A stretch of DNA of 64,000 bases. Origin: Escherichia phage Murica. Below are positions 16,677 through 26,628 of the stretch, piece after piece. Every line of letters begins with the position of its first letter. Within the stretch, counting starts at the first letter, position 1. The stretch lies in sequence record NC_041871.1. The stretch is one strand, 5' to 3'. A model generated the notes under the pieces. It was not told the origin of the DNA, searched no databases, and saw only the letters and a program-made list of their open reading frames with translations. Made by a program: the position numbers and the translations under genes.

Positions 16677-18988
16677 TCACCAAGGTAATTAAAAGCAACG
16701 GATGTGAAGTGGCATTCGATCCAGAACGTTTAAATAAGGCAGCTATTTTCGGTGACGACGGTAACGGCAATTGGTCACATATTGCACTGGATGCATACAA
16801 ACGACTGTATGATGGATGTACAACCAAAGAAGTTAACCAAGCTATCATAGACTCCTGTGTTAGCCGTAAAGACGAAGCACATTCCCGTATGGCTGGTCGT
16901 GTTCTTATTGGTCAGATTTATAAAGAGGCTTTTGGAGGGTTTACAAAGATCCCTTCCTTACCATCATTTTACAACGACATGGTTGAGAAAGGGTATTGGG
17001 AGGATATGGGATATAGCTTTACCGAGCTAAACACTTTAGACGCTGTTATTGACCACAGTAAAGATCTCGGTTATGGCTATGCAGTCCTTAAACAGTTTCG
17101 CGACAAATACGGGATCAAGGATACTCTTAAAGACACCTTGTTTGAATCTCCCCAGATGATGTTTATGGGGATAGCAATGGCTGTCATGAAGAATATGCCG
17201 AAAGAACGTCGTATCAACGATGTTGTAAAATTATACACTTATCTGTCCGACTTAAAGATCAATGCCCCGACACCGTACTTAAACGGGCTGCGCACAGGTA
17301 AGACAGGGTATGCATCTTGTTGTGTAATAAAAGCTGACGATACAGCAAAATCTATTGGTGTGGCACGTGAAGTTGCGTACACAATGACGGTTAACCAAGC
17401 AGGTATCGGCTACTATTTATCATCAAGATCTGCAGGTGATGGTGTTCGCGGTAACACTATTAAACACATGGGTAAGATTCCATATTATCGAGGTATTGAC
17501 GCTGGGGTTAAGGAGAACAGGCAACAATCACGTGGCGGTTCTGCAACAGTATCATTCCTTGCACTAGACCCGCAGATTGATGAGCTAATCCGCTTGAGAA
17601 ACCCTATGACTGTTGCTTCAAAAAGAATCAACACCATGGACTACTCCATCGGTATTAATAGGTCGTTTATCAACCGTGTGGCTAAGAATTTAGATTGGAT
17701 GCTTGTTTCTTATAAGCACGCTCCTCAACTGCATGAGGGTATCTTCACCATGTCTATGGAGGAGTTTGATGCAGAGGTTGATCGTATTGCTAAAGATGAC
17801 AGTATCCCTAAAACATGGATCCGAGCCAGAGATCTTGCTGTTGAACTGATCACGCAGCGTACTGAGGTGGGAAGGCTGTATGTATACTGGACAGATGAGA
17901 TGAATAGACATACACCTTTTAAAGATGTGATCTATTCAAGTAACCTGTGTGCAGAAATAGCCCTCCCTACAAAAGGCTATTCAGATATGCGTAATATCTT
18001 CAAGTACGATGCTGATGATGGAGAGGTTGCATTGTGCTTCCTGTCATCTCTTGTAGCTGGAAGGGTTACTCCAGAGGAGTATGAGGATGTTGCATACTAC
18101 ACGGTGCTTATGATTGACAATGTTATGGAAATCATGACATATCCGTATGAAAATATGGAAAGCACAGTTAAAAAACGCAGATCCATCGGGGTTGGCCTTA
18201 CCAATGTTGCACATTTTATTGCCAGCCACAAGGTTACTTACGGATCTCCTGAAAGTAAACAGCTTGTTCACGATCTTGCAGAACTTCACAGCTACAGCTT
18301 GCATAAGGCAAGTTTACGGTTGGCAAAAGAGCGTGGTGTCTGCGAGTGGATGCATAAAACAAAATATCCAGAAGGTTGGTTACCAATCGACACCTATAAC
18401 AAAGAGGTCGATAGCGTGGTGAAAGATCCTTCTCTTAAACAGGATTGGGAAGGGTTACGTAAAGAAATTATTGAAAATGGTGGGCTACGTAATAGCGTTC
18501 TTGAAGCATATATGCCTAATGAAAGCTCTTCGCTGGCAACAAACACCACTAACGGGGTTTATCCTGTCCGTGAGCACATTATCTTTAAAAAGTCGCCACA
18601 AGGGCAGGTGCTGTTTATCGTTCCTGACTATGATGAGTTGAAAGAGTATTACACCTCGGCTTGGGACGTTGATACTAACGACATGATCGATATGTATGCT
18701 GTGATTCAAAAATTTACAGGTCAGGCAATCAGCGCGGATTTATACATAGATTACACCAAGTTGAAAGATGGTAAAATTTCAATGAAGGAGCAGCTAGGGT
18801 ACCTTATCCGTGCCACTAAATTCGGGATGAAGACATGGTATTATTTAAACTCCAGGGTTGGTGCTGGTGACTCATTGGCAGAGGAACTTCATGCCAAGAA
18901 ACAGGCTGAAGATGAAACCAGAAAGAACTACCCTTTGATTGCAGATAGTTCGGTTGAAGATCCGTATTGCGAAAGTTGTGCACTATAA
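16673..18988 (+). CDS. nrdA: ribonucleotide reductase class Ia alpha subunit
   Basis: 771 aa; N-terminal ATP cone (VIKSNGCEVAFDPERL), active-site SSNLCAEIALP, C-terminal YCESCAL. Confidence 0.95.
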   Translation: MITKVIKSNGCEVAFDPERLNKAAIFGDDGNGNWSHIALDAYKRLYDGCTTKEVNQAIIDSCVSRKDEAHSRMAGRVLIGQIYKEAFGGFTKIPSLPSFYNDMVEKGYWEDMGYSFTELNTLDAVIDHSKDLGYGYAVLKQFRDKYGIKDTLKDTLFESPQMMFMGIAMAVMKNMPKERRINDVVKLYTYLSDLKINAPTPYLNGLRTGKTGYASCCVIKADDTAKSIGVAREVAYTMTVNQAGIGYYLSSRSAGDGVRGNTIKHMGKIPYYRGIDAGVKENRQQSRGGSATVSFLALDPQIDELIRLRNPMTVASKRINTMDYSIGINRSFINRVAKNLDWMLVSYKHAPQLHEGIFTMSMEEFDAEVDRIAKDDSIPKTWIRARDLAVELITQRTEVGRLYVYWTDEMNRHTPFKDVIYSSNLCAEIALPTKGYSDMRNIFKYDADDGEVALCFLSSLVAGRVTPEEYEDVAYYTVLMIDNVMEIMTYPYENMESTVKKRRSIGVGLTNVAHFIASHKVTYGSPESKQLVHDLAELHSYSLHKASLRLAKERGVCEWMHKTKYPEGWLPIDTYNKEVDSVVKDPSLKQDWEGLRKEIIENGGLRNSVLEAYMPNESSSLATNTTNGVYPVREHIIFKKSPQGQVLFIVPDYDELKEYYTSAWDVDTNDMIDMYAVIQKFTGQAISADLYIDYTKLKDGKISMKEQLGYLIRATKFGMKTWYYLNSRVGAGDSLAEELHAKKQAEDETRKNYPLIADSSVEDPYCESCAL

Positions 18989-18995
18989 TTTTAAA

Positions 18996-19020
18996 GGGGC
19001 TTCGGCCCCATTTTAGAGGT
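18996..19020 (+). terminator. hairpin between nrdA and nrdB, candidate attenuator/partial terminator
   Basis: GGGGC-ttcg-GCCCC followed by ATTTTAG. Confidence 0.45.
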
Positions 19021-19027
19021 TAGAATA

Positions 19028-20116
19028 ATGGCTGTATTTAATGCTGAGAACACCGCTCATAAAACTGGTGACTATCCGCTGTTTCTAGGACAGCAAATGG
19101 GTATGTATGACTCTATCAACAAAAAATATCCACAACTGTTTGAACTATACAAAAAACAAAAAGAGCAAGATTGGGCAGAGGATGAAGTGGATTTGTCGCA
19201 ATCTATTTCAGATTTTGTAACATGCTCCAAGTCAACTTATGACGTGATGGTGCAGACCTTGATGTGGCAATGGGAGGCTGATAGCGTTGCGGCAAGATCG
19301 ATCATCTGCCTCTTTTCACCATTCATCACTAATAGTGAGCTTTTCACTCTATTGATGAAACAGTCAGAGATTGAAGTTCTTCACGCACTAACTTACTCAG
19401 AGATTGTTAGACAATGCCTCCCAAATGCCCGTGAGATTATAGAAGAGATTCAGGAAAACCAAAACGTTCTGAGCAGATCTGGCGTTATTGTCAAATACAT
19501 GCAAGAGCTTGAGGTTATTGGTGCAAAATACCGACTGGATCCTTCTAGTGTTGAAGAAGATATTGTGCGGAAATGCATTCTTAGAGCGCTTTTTGCACTT
19601 TTAGCCCTGGAAAGTATTGAGTTTATTGCAAGTTTTGCATGCACTTTCGCAGTAGCTGAACAGGGTATCTTTGTTCAGGTGGCGCAGCTTGTTCAAAAAA
19701 TCATGCTTGACGAAATGCTGCATTCGAAAGGTGATTTTGCCATCATTGATATCCTGCTTAATGATCCCGCATGGGAGAAAAGCTTCCTTGAGATAAAGGG
19801 GGAGTTAAAAGAGATTCTTGATGAAGTACGAACCAAAGAGTACGGTTGGAGTGACTATATTTTCAGCGAAGGAAGAGCGATTATAGGTCTTAACTCACCG
19901 TTGCTTAAAGAATGGGTTGACTATAACTGCTCACCGATTTATGATTACTACGACATCGACAAAGACTTTGTGCCGCCAACAAAGGACCCGCTACCGTTTA
20001 TGCAGGTGTGGATGAAACCTTCATTGCAACAGACGGCAAACCAAGAAATGTCGAACACTGACTACCGCGTCAACACAACTGTTAATGACGCTGAAGAAGA
20101 AATTTGGGAGTTTTAA
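19028..20116 (+). CDS. nrdB: ribonucleotide reductase class Ia beta subunit
   Basis: 362 aa directly downstream of nrdA; ferritin-like helix pattern with acidic C-terminal tail. Confidence 0.9.
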   Translation: MAVFNAENTAHKTGDYPLFLGQQMGMYDSINKKYPQLFELYKKQKEQDWAEDEVDLSQSISDFVTCSKSTYDVMVQTLMWQWEADSVAARSIICLFSPFITNSELFTLLMKQSEIEVLHALTYSEIVRQCLPNAREIIEEIQENQNVLSRSGVIVKYMQELEVIGAKYRLDPSSVEEDIVRKCILRALFALLALESIEFIASFACTFAVAEQGIFVQVAQLVQKIMLDEMLHSKGDFAIIDILLNDPAWEKSFLEIKGELKEILDEVRTKEYGWSDYIFSEGRAIIGLNSPLLKEWVDYNCSPIYDYYDIDKDFVPPTKDPLPFMQVWMKPSLQQTANQEMSNTDYRVNTTVNDAEEEIWEF

Positions 20117-20119
20117 TAC

Positions 20120-20398
20120 ATGAGCTGTGAAAAATCTTTTTTCTTTATTATTTACGGTAAAGATAACTGCCCACATTGTGTAAGAGCAAAAGAATTTGCA
20201 GTCAGTAAAGGTCTGCCTTTTGTATATAAGACACTTGGCGAGGGTTACACAAAAGAAGAGCTTATTGAGAAGTGCAGTCCAATCGTACCCAGAACGTTGC
20301 CGCAGATCTTCTTAGAAAGCAATCTTGAAAGTGTCCATATAGGCGGTGCCGACGATTTCATCTCTTTTGTTAAGAATGGTTTTGGAGAGAAAAAGTGA
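20120..20398 (+). CDS. glutaredoxin-like redoxin
   Basis: 92 aa with CPHC active-site motif, between nrdB and nrdD. Confidence 0.8.
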   Translation: MSCEKSFFFIIYGKDNCPHCVRAKEFAVSKGLPFVYKTLGEGYTKEELIEKCSPIVPRTLPQIFLESNLESVHIGGADDFISFVKNGFGEKK

Positions 20399-22518
20399 AA
20401 GTTGTAAAACGGGACGGTAGAGAAGAGGTCTATAACGGAATTAAGGTGATCAAGGCGGCAGAGTCCGCCTTACTTGAGTCTGGACATACTGAAGAAGAAG
20501 CTTACCGGATCGCTTGTGCGGTTAATGAAGTTGTTGCTAACAATCTACCAACCGACCAGTGCACAATCTCTGTAAAAAATATCCATATCCTTGTTGAAGA
20601 TGCTCTTATGGATATGGGTTTAAAATGTGCAGCCAGAGAATACATCCAGTATAGACAGACAAGAGATAATAACAGAGAGGCAGGTGGAAAACTGCTTGCA
20701 GATATTAGTGGCTTCTTGGATCGAACTTGTGATGAATTTACAAAAGAAAACGCAAATAAGCCTACCAATCATGTACACACTCATCGTGACCTGCTTGCAG
20801 GCATCCTTAGCAAACACCTTGCATCAACACAGATCCTGCCAGACCGTGTCTCAGAAGAGCACAATAAAGGCTTCATCCATGTGCATGATCTTGACTACTT
20901 GATCAGTCCGTTAACAAACTGTTGTTTGGTAAATTATCCAGATATGTTGGAAAACGGATTCAACATTGGTAACGCCCATGTCAGTAAGCCGAAGTCAATA
21001 GGGGTTGCAACAACAATCCTTAGCCAAATCTCTAGTGCGGTAGCTAGTGCTCAATATGGGGGTCAGACTATGAGCCATATTGATCATTATCTGGCACAGT
21101 ATGCTGAGGCGACTTATGAGAAGAACCTTAAATTTTGCCAGGAACATTGGTTGCCAGATGCTGAGACTGTTGCAATGCAGATGACAGATAAAGACGTATT
21201 TGACAGCATGCAGACTTTACTCTATCAAATCAATACGTTAACTTCTGTCAACGGGCAAACCCCATTCATCACATTAAGTTTAGGTCTGGACACCTCAGTC
21301 TTTGGTAGAATGATTACCAAAAACTACTTGAAAGTCCACAAAATGGGTCTTGGTGAAGAACGTATCACACCTGTGTTCCCTAAAGTGTTGTTCTTCCTAG
21401 AAGAGGGTGTCAACATGAACCCTGGAGATCCTAACTATGATTTGAAACGATTAGCTCTGGAATGCTCTGCAGAGCGGATTTATCCTGACTTTGTTTCTGT
21501 TCCACTAAATCGTAAAGTGACAGGCTCGACAGATGGCAAAGTAACGAGCATGGGTTGCCGGAGTTTTCTTAGCAAATACAGTGACTTGGAAACAGGCGAG
21601 GAGAAATATCTTGGCAGATTTAACTTAGGCGTTGTTAGCCTTAACCTACCAATGATTGCGGCAAAAGCTAAGACGGAAGGTGTTGATTTCTTTGCAGTTC
21701 TTGACGAATACTTGGATCTTGCATACGAGGCTCACCTTGTAAGGGTTAACCGTCTAAAAGGAACAAAGGCAGGGCAGAACCCCATCATGTGGTGTGAAGG
21801 AGCTCTTGCTCGCCTGGATCCTGAAGAGAGTGTTGATAAACTCTTCTATGACGGGTACGCTTCCATCAGTATTGGGTATATTGGTGTGTATGAAACCTGT
21901 CAGATTTTGGGTAGAGAGGGTGACAAGGCTTTAGCTCTTGGAATCCTTCAGCACATGAGAGATGCTTGTGAGCGATACAAGAAGGAAAGTAGACTAGCGT
22001 TTAGCTTGTACGGCACTCCTTCTGAGAGTCTATGCTATAAAGCTGCAACCTGTCTGGATCGTGAATATCCGGAAGTGTTGAAGCACGAGCATGAATATCT
22101 CACCAACAGTTTCCATCAGCCAGTATGGATAAATAGCTCTCCTTTTGATAAGTGGGAGTATGAGGAAGGTTTTGCTATGATCTCCTCTGGTGGCAACATC
22201 GGATACGTAGAGACACCTAACCTGAAAAACAACTTGGATGCTTTAGAGGCTCTTGTTGACTTCGGGTATAAACACATTATGTATTTTGGTATTAACCAAC
22301 CTGTGGATAAATGTCTCAAGTGTGGTTTCTCTGGTGAGTTCAGTGCAACAGCTAAAGGGTTCTGCTGCCCTGCGTGCGGATGCCACGATGAACAATATAT
22401 CTCAGTGATCCGAAGAGTGTCTGGATATCTTTCCAGTCCTAACTCCCGTCCTTACAATAAAGGTAAGCAAGCGGAAGTTATCGAGCGAGTTAAGCACTAC
22501 GGAAGTTGTGGTTGCTGA
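20395..22518 (+). CDS. nrdD: anaerobic ribonucleotide reductase (class III)
   Basis: 707 aa; C-terminal glycyl-radical motif RRVSGY and CxxC zinc cluster. Confidence 0.95.
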   Translation: MKVVKRDGREEVYNGIKVIKAAESALLESGHTEEEAYRIACAVNEVVANNLPTDQCTISVKNIHILVEDALMDMGLKCAAREYIQYRQTRDNNREAGGKLLADISGFLDRTCDEFTKENANKPTNHVHTHRDLLAGILSKHLASTQILPDRVSEEHNKGFIHVHDLDYLISPLTNCCLVNYPDMLENGFNIGNAHVSKPKSIGVATTILSQISSAVASAQYGGQTMSHIDHYLAQYAEATYEKNLKFCQEHWLPDAETVAMQMTDKDVFDSMQTLLYQINTLTSVNGQTPFITLSLGLDTSVFGRMITKNYLKVHKMGLGEERITPVFPKVLFFLEEGVNMNPGDPNYDLKRLALECSAERIYPDFVSVPLNRKVTGSTDGKVTSMGCRSFLSKYSDLETGEEKYLGRFNLGVVSLNLPMIAAKAKTEGVDFFAVLDEYLDLAYEAHLVRVNRLKGTKAGQNPIMWCEGALARLDPEESVDKLFYDGYASISIGYIGVYETCQILGREGDKALALGILQHMRDACERYKKESRLAFSLYGTPSESLCYKAATCLDREYPEVLKHEHEYLTNSFHQPVWINSSPFDKWEYEEGFAMISSGGNIGYVETPNLKNNLDALEALVDFGYKHIMYFGINQPVDKCLKCGFSGEFSATAKGFCCPACGCHDEQYISVIRRVSGYLSSPNSRPYNKGKQAEVIERVKHYGSCGC

Positions 22519-22522
22519 TTCT

Positions 22523-22553
22523 TGACAAAAGCCACAAGGATGTGGCATATTAT
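22523..22553 (+). promoter_or_regulatory. promoter with embedded palindromic operator
   Basis: TTGACA 22523-22528; -10 options CATATT/TATTAT at 17-19 nt; perfect dyad GCCACA-AGGA-TGTGGC (22531-22546) in the spacer. Confidence 0.5.
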
Positions 22554-22581
22554 TGACACACAGTGAGCTAGGAGGTGCAGT

Positions 22582-22698
22582 ATGTCATCAGGTATTTATA
22601 AAATTTGCAAGTGCGGCTGTAGTTGCAATCTTCGTTGGTGCAAGGCACTAGACGATTTTATTTGGCATTGCCCTAAATGTGATGCGGAGTATCTATGA
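22582..22698 (+). CDS. small cysteine-rich zinc-ribbon protein (38 aa)
   Basis: ATG 22582 after GGAGG; CKCGCSC...CPKCD; stop TGA overlaps the nrdG ATG; below ORF-track cutoff. Confidence 0.45.
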   Translation: MSSGIYKICKCGCSCNLRWCKALDDFIWHCPKCDAEYL

Positions 22699-23168
22699 AC
22701 ATTGTCGGATACGCAGAAATATCTTACACCGAAGGGCCAGGTATTAGAACTGCCTTGTGGGTATCTGGGTGCCCACACGCTTGCCCTGGTTGCTTTAATC
22801 AGGCATTTTGGTCAAAAGATAAGGGGAGGGAGTTCACTGAAGAAGACTTGCAAAAAATCTTGTCAGGTTTAGATAACCCGTCTGTGTGCGGTATCTCTCT
22901 GCTGGGTGGAGAACCCTTAGCATACTATAATGAGCCAGATATTATTAGCCTGATGGAGAAAATTAAGGAAAAATTTGGTGACAAGAAAACTATTCTTGTA
23001 TATACTGGGTTCACATTTGACCATATCTCTAGTGATGTTCTTAAACTGGCTGATATCATCATTGACGGTAAGTATGTAAAAGATTTACCAACCAAGAAAC
23101 CGTTCCGAGGCAGTGATAACCAAAGAATGTTTAAAAAAGTATCAGGCGGTTGGGTTCAGGTAGACTAG
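22695..23168 (+). CDS. nrdG: anaerobic RNR activating enzyme (radical SAM)
   Basis: CPHACPGC (CxxxCxxC) motif near the N-terminus; follows nrdD. Confidence 0.9.
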   Translation: MNIVGYAEISYTEGPGIRTALWVSGCPHACPGCFNQAFWSKDKGREFTEEDLQKILSGLDNPSVCGISLLGGEPLAYYNEPDIISLMEKIKEKFGDKKTILVYTGFTFDHISSDVLKLADIIIDGKYVKDLPTKKPFRGSDNQRMFKKVSGGWVQVD

Positions 23169-23171
23169 TTG

Positions 23172-23201
23172 TTGACAAAGCTTTGTTTAGATAGGTATAA
23201 T
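23172..23201 (+). promoter_or_regulatory. sigma70-type promoter TTGACA-18-TATAAT
   Basis: Consensus hexamers followed by GAGGAGG RBS. Confidence 0.65.
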
Positions 23202-23232
23202 TATCGTAAAATGAAAGCAGAGGAGGTGCCAA

Positions 23233-23346
23233 ATGGCTAAAAAAGCCTTGAAGAAGGCGTACAAGAAAGAGATTGCGCTTGAGCTTAAGAAAAAACACAA
23301 GCGTGAAAAGAAACATCATGAAGATGAAGAGGGGGTGCAACAGTGA
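23233..23346 (+). CDS. small lysine-rich protein (37 aa)
   Basis: ATG 23233 after GAGGAGG; MAKKALKKAYKKEIALELKKKHKREKKHHEDEEGVQQ; stop overlaps next start. Confidence 0.4.
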   Translation: MAKKALKKAYKKEIALELKKKHKREKKHHEDEEGVQQ

Positions 23347-23693
23347 CACAAGAACGTATCGATTTGGCTAATAAGTTTGTAGATCTCATTTTGCCACGGT
23401 TAGTTACTCAACATGCAGATGCTATTTCTACTAATCTTGATGGCTTACGCCTAATGCTGAATCGCACAGATGACCCTCGTATTCGGGCTGATTTAGAAGC
23501 CTCTGCCAACAAACTGGAAAAGTTCTTGCAAGTAGACACGCAAGAAGCCTTGCACAAGATTATGGTGGAAGGTTTCTCTAAAGAATTTACCATTAAAGAG
23601 CTTAAGGAGCTGATCCACCAAGAAGAGATGAATATCCGAGTTCAGGCTGTTGCAAGCAGCATGGAAGCGGCTATTGAAAAACTGTTGCAGTAA
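23343..23693 (+). CDS. hypothetical protein
   Basis: 116-aa helical ORF; GTG start per ORF track. Confidence 0.4.
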   Translation: MTQERIDLANKFVDLILPRLVTQHADAISTNLDGLRLMLNRTDDPRIRADLEASANKLEKFLQVDTQEALHKIMVEGFSKEFTIKELKELIHQEEMNIRVQAVASSMEAAIEKLLQ

Positions 23694-23731
23694 AAGTACT
23701 TGGCACATCTCAATCTGAAAGGAGTCCCAAC

Positions 23732-24520
23732 ATGGGTCGAGCTAAAGAAACAAAACGCATGCGTGATGAAGCTAGAGAGGCTCGCAAATCTGATCGCCTG
23801 CGTAAGGCTGCTGAGAAATTTGCTGACGAAAGAGAGCACACCGCTCCAGCTCTCCGACCAATGAATAAGAAGCAGCAAAAGTATCTTGATTATCTAGGGT
23901 CACGTAAGATTATTATTGTAAACGGTGTGTTTGGATCCGGTAAGACATTCATGGCATCTGCATATGCAGGTGATCTTCTGCGTAAGAACGAGATTGATAA
24001 GATTATTGTTGCACGTCCTTACGTTCAGACAGGAAAGACTTCAGGATTTAAACCTGGAAATGCAATGCAGAAACTGTGGCCCTATCTTCGAAGCATGATG
24101 GACACGATTTGTCGTCGTGTTGGCAAAGGTGCTTTTGCCGCAATGCTGGGAGACGGTCAGAACAGCCGTATCGAGATTTGTGAAGTTGAAAGCATTCGTG
24201 GTCGTAGTTTCGATGAGCGATGCTTTGTCCTGATTGACGAGGCACAGCAAACTAACCCTGAAGAAATGTTGTCAATTATCACAAGGATCTCTGATCAAGC
24301 CACCCTTGTAATTATGGGTGATAATAGCCAACGTGACATCCCTGGTAAATCTGGCCTTGCATGGGTGACGGATTTCTTTACTCGTCATCCAGATCCTGAG
24401 GTTGGAATGATCAGCTTTGATAGTCCAGACGATGTCGTTCGTTCCGGGTTGGGTCGTCAGATCGCACTCAATCTTATTGATGATCGTGCAAATCATATTT
24501 GGACCCCTGTTTCCGAGTAA
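23732..24520 (+). CDS. phoH: PhoH-like ATPase
   Basis: Walker A GVFGSGKT and Walker B-like VLIDEAQ in PhoH arrangement. Confidence 0.85.
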   Translation: MGRAKETKRMRDEAREARKSDRLRKAAEKFADEREHTAPALRPMNKKQQKYLDYLGSRKIIIVNGVFGSGKTFMASAYAGDLLRKNEIDKIIVARPYVQTGKTSGFKPGNAMQKLWPYLRSMMDTICRRVGKGAFAAMLGDGQNSRIEICEVESIRGRSFDERCFVLIDEAQQTNPEEMLSIITRISDQATLVIMGDNSQRDIPGKSGLAWVTDFFTRHPDPEVGMISFDSPDDVVRSGLGRQIALNLIDDRANHIWTPVSE

Positions 24521-24564
24521 TACAGAAGGGTGGTTATTCCACCCTTAAATATCTAAAACAGTTG

Positions 24565-24593
24565 TTGACAAATAGGTAAGCTTTAGATATTAT
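24565..24593 (+). promoter_or_regulatory. sigma70-type promoter TTGACA-17-TATTAT
   Basis: Consensus hexamers; flanks resemble the promoter at 23172. Confidence 0.65.
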
Positions 24594-24621
24594 TATCGGA
24601 CAAAACAGAGAGAAGGACAGT

Positions 24622-24933
24622 ATGGCTACAATACAAGAGAAACTGAATAAAATATACTGCCTGTTTGTCTATAACGGCGAGACAATTTTGGCAAATAAGG
24701 GATCCAAGAATGTGTGGACCAAGGACAGCGGTGGTAATATAATTAACTTAGCGTTGCTACGTGAGCGCCGACACAGATTCTTTATCGAGTCTAGAATTAT
24801 TGAAAGCAGCACTTGCTACAGAACAGGCGATAAAGTAATTGTTGACAATGATACGTGGTATGTGGTAGACTGGCAATCATTGAGTTGTGATGCTTCTGAC
24901 AATCGTAAGTATTCCATAGTGATTGCTAAATAA
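24622..24933 (+). CDS. hypothetical protein
   Basis: 103-aa ORF downstream of a consensus promoter. Confidence 0.45.
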   Translation: MATIQEKLNKIYCLFVYNGETILANKGSKNVWTKDSGGNIINLALLRERRHRFFIESRIIESSTCYRTGDKVIVDNDTWYVVDWQSLSCDASDNRKYSIVIAK

Positions 24934-24993
24934 AGGTAAATGTGAATCAGGTTTAAATAAATAGCTTTCAACTTCCAATATTAAGGATTTCTC

Positions 24994-26043
24994 ATGAATT
25001 TAACACCTCGCAGAACCATGGTACACGGCATGAAAGAAAAACAGAACGGTTTCGAACCTATGAGTAATAAAATGTTTGGTATGCCGGGCGGTATCATGGA
25101 AACATACAGCTACCCAACACCTGTTGTTGACCACGTTCTTTATATCGACGATTTGGAAGACTTACAAGATCATATGTCTCGCCTGCAGACGATCCGTATG
25201 GCTCAGCCTGAAGAAAGCATTCGAGTGATCATTAACAGCCCTGGTGGTTGCGTGCACATTGCGATGGCTTATCTGCAGGCATTCCGCGAGTCTCAGGCAA
25301 GCGTTGTTGCACATGCTGAAGGAATGTGCTGCTCTGCGGGAACAATCTTATGGCTGGGTTGCAAAGAACGCACTGTGGCTCCGGACACAGAGTTTATGTT
25401 CCACTACTATCAAGGTGGCACTTATGGTAACGGTGTGAACATGAATACTCAGGTCAGCTACTGGAAAAAACGTTTTGAACGCCTGATTGAAAAATACTAC
25501 GGTGGGGTGCTGACAGAAGATGAGATCGCATCCATCACAGCTGGTGGCGAAGTGTGGTTGGACGGAGAAGAGCTGGCAGCACGCACTGGAGCTATTATTC
25601 TGGATGAAGGCAACATACAACGCATCCAGAACGGACAAAAACCGAAAAAGCTTCTGGCAAAAGGTGATGAAGAAGGCGTGTTAGGTGAAGCAGGTCTCCC
25701 GGAGATTCACCAGTGCACATCTTTAGATGAGTTAGTTCATGCTGTTGAATCTGCAAAAGCGGGTGGTTCGAAAGGTGATGTTCACACTGTGTTCCTGAAT
25801 CTGCAGATGGAAAGTGGCGAGACCGTCAGAATTGCCCTGGGTGAGATTACTTCAGAAGATCTGCAGAGATTCTCTGTCGTTGAACTTCAGGATATTCTGT
25901 CTCAATTGAAGACTACTCTGAACGGCGGTGAAGAGGTTAAGGTGAAAGATAAGACTCGCAAGCGTCTGGTGGACAATATTATTAAAACAGCAAAAGAGCT
26001 CAATGAAAAAATCCTGGGTGCAGGAATTGTCGAAGAAGCTTAA
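24994..26043 (+). CDS. ClpP/S14-like serine peptidase homolog with long C-terminal extension
   Basis: INSPGGCVHIAMA and GMCCSAGTIL resemble ClpP oxyanion and catalytic Ser motifs; 349 aa with about 150 extra C-terminal residues. Confidence 0.5.
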   Translation: MNLTPRRTMVHGMKEKQNGFEPMSNKMFGMPGGIMETYSYPTPVVDHVLYIDDLEDLQDHMSRLQTIRMAQPEESIRVIINSPGGCVHIAMAYLQAFRESQASVVAHAEGMCCSAGTILWLGCKERTVAPDTEFMFHYYQGGTYGNGVNMNTQVSYWKKRFERLIEKYYGGVLTEDEIASITAGGEVWLDGEELAARTGAIILDEGNIQRIQNGQKPKKLLAKGDEEGVLGEAGLPEIHQCTSLDELVHAVESAKAGGSKGDVHTVFLNLQMESGETVRIALGEITSEDLQRFSVVELQDILSQLKTTLNGGEEVKVKDKTRKRLVDNIIKTAKELNEKILGAGIVEEA

Positions 26044-26054
26044 ACATTAATTCT

Positions 26055-26080
26055 AAAGCCCTCTTCGGAGGGCTTTTATG
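26055..26080 (+). terminator. intrinsic terminator
   Basis: AAAGCCCTC-ttcg-GAGGGCTTT followed by TAT. Confidence 0.7.
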
Positions 26081-26094
26081 ATCTGGAGATTTGC

Positions 26095-26628
26095 ATGACT
26101 TGTGCTAGAAAACCTGATGAACAACGTAACGCCTACGATGAGTATGTGACACCGGAGTGGTGTGCAGAAGGGCTGTATGACCTTATTCAGTTCCCAGAAG
26201 ACTGGACCTACTTAGAGCCTTGCAGGAATAGTGCCTCAGGTGTGTTCTACTCCCGTATGCCGTTAGGATCTGCATGGGGAGAAATACAAGAAGGTGTTGA
26301 CTATCTGAATACAGAATACAACCATGTTGACTGTATTATCACCAACCCACCATACAGCCTGGCTCGTGAGTTTGTAGACAAGGCGTTGAAAGATGCTGAC
26401 GTAGTTATTATGCTTTTGCGTCTTAATTTTCTGGAAAGCAAAGCCAGATTTGAATGGTGGCTTGATAATGCACCTACTACTGTGATCACAATATCTAAGC
26501 GTCCATCATTTCAATCAAACGGCAGAACTGACGGGCAAGCATATGCATATTTTGTGTGGGATAAGAAAAACCGTTTAGACTTGCCGCCGTTTATGTGGTT
26601 GGCACCCCCAGAGGTAGACCTGAAATGA
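26095..26628 (+). CDS. small DNA N6-adenine methyltransferase (Dam-like phage type)
   Basis: YVTPEW, EPCRNSASGVF and catalytic ITNPPYS (NPPY) in a 177-aa protein. Confidence 0.7.
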   Translation: MTCARKPDEQRNAYDEYVTPEWCAEGLYDLIQFPEDWTYLEPCRNSASGVFYSRMPLGSAWGEIQEGVDYLNTEYNHVDCIITNPPYSLAREFVDKALKDADVVIMLLRLNFLESKARFEWWLDNAPTTVITISKRPSFQSNGRTDGQAYAYFVWDKKNRLDLPPFMWLAPPEVDLK

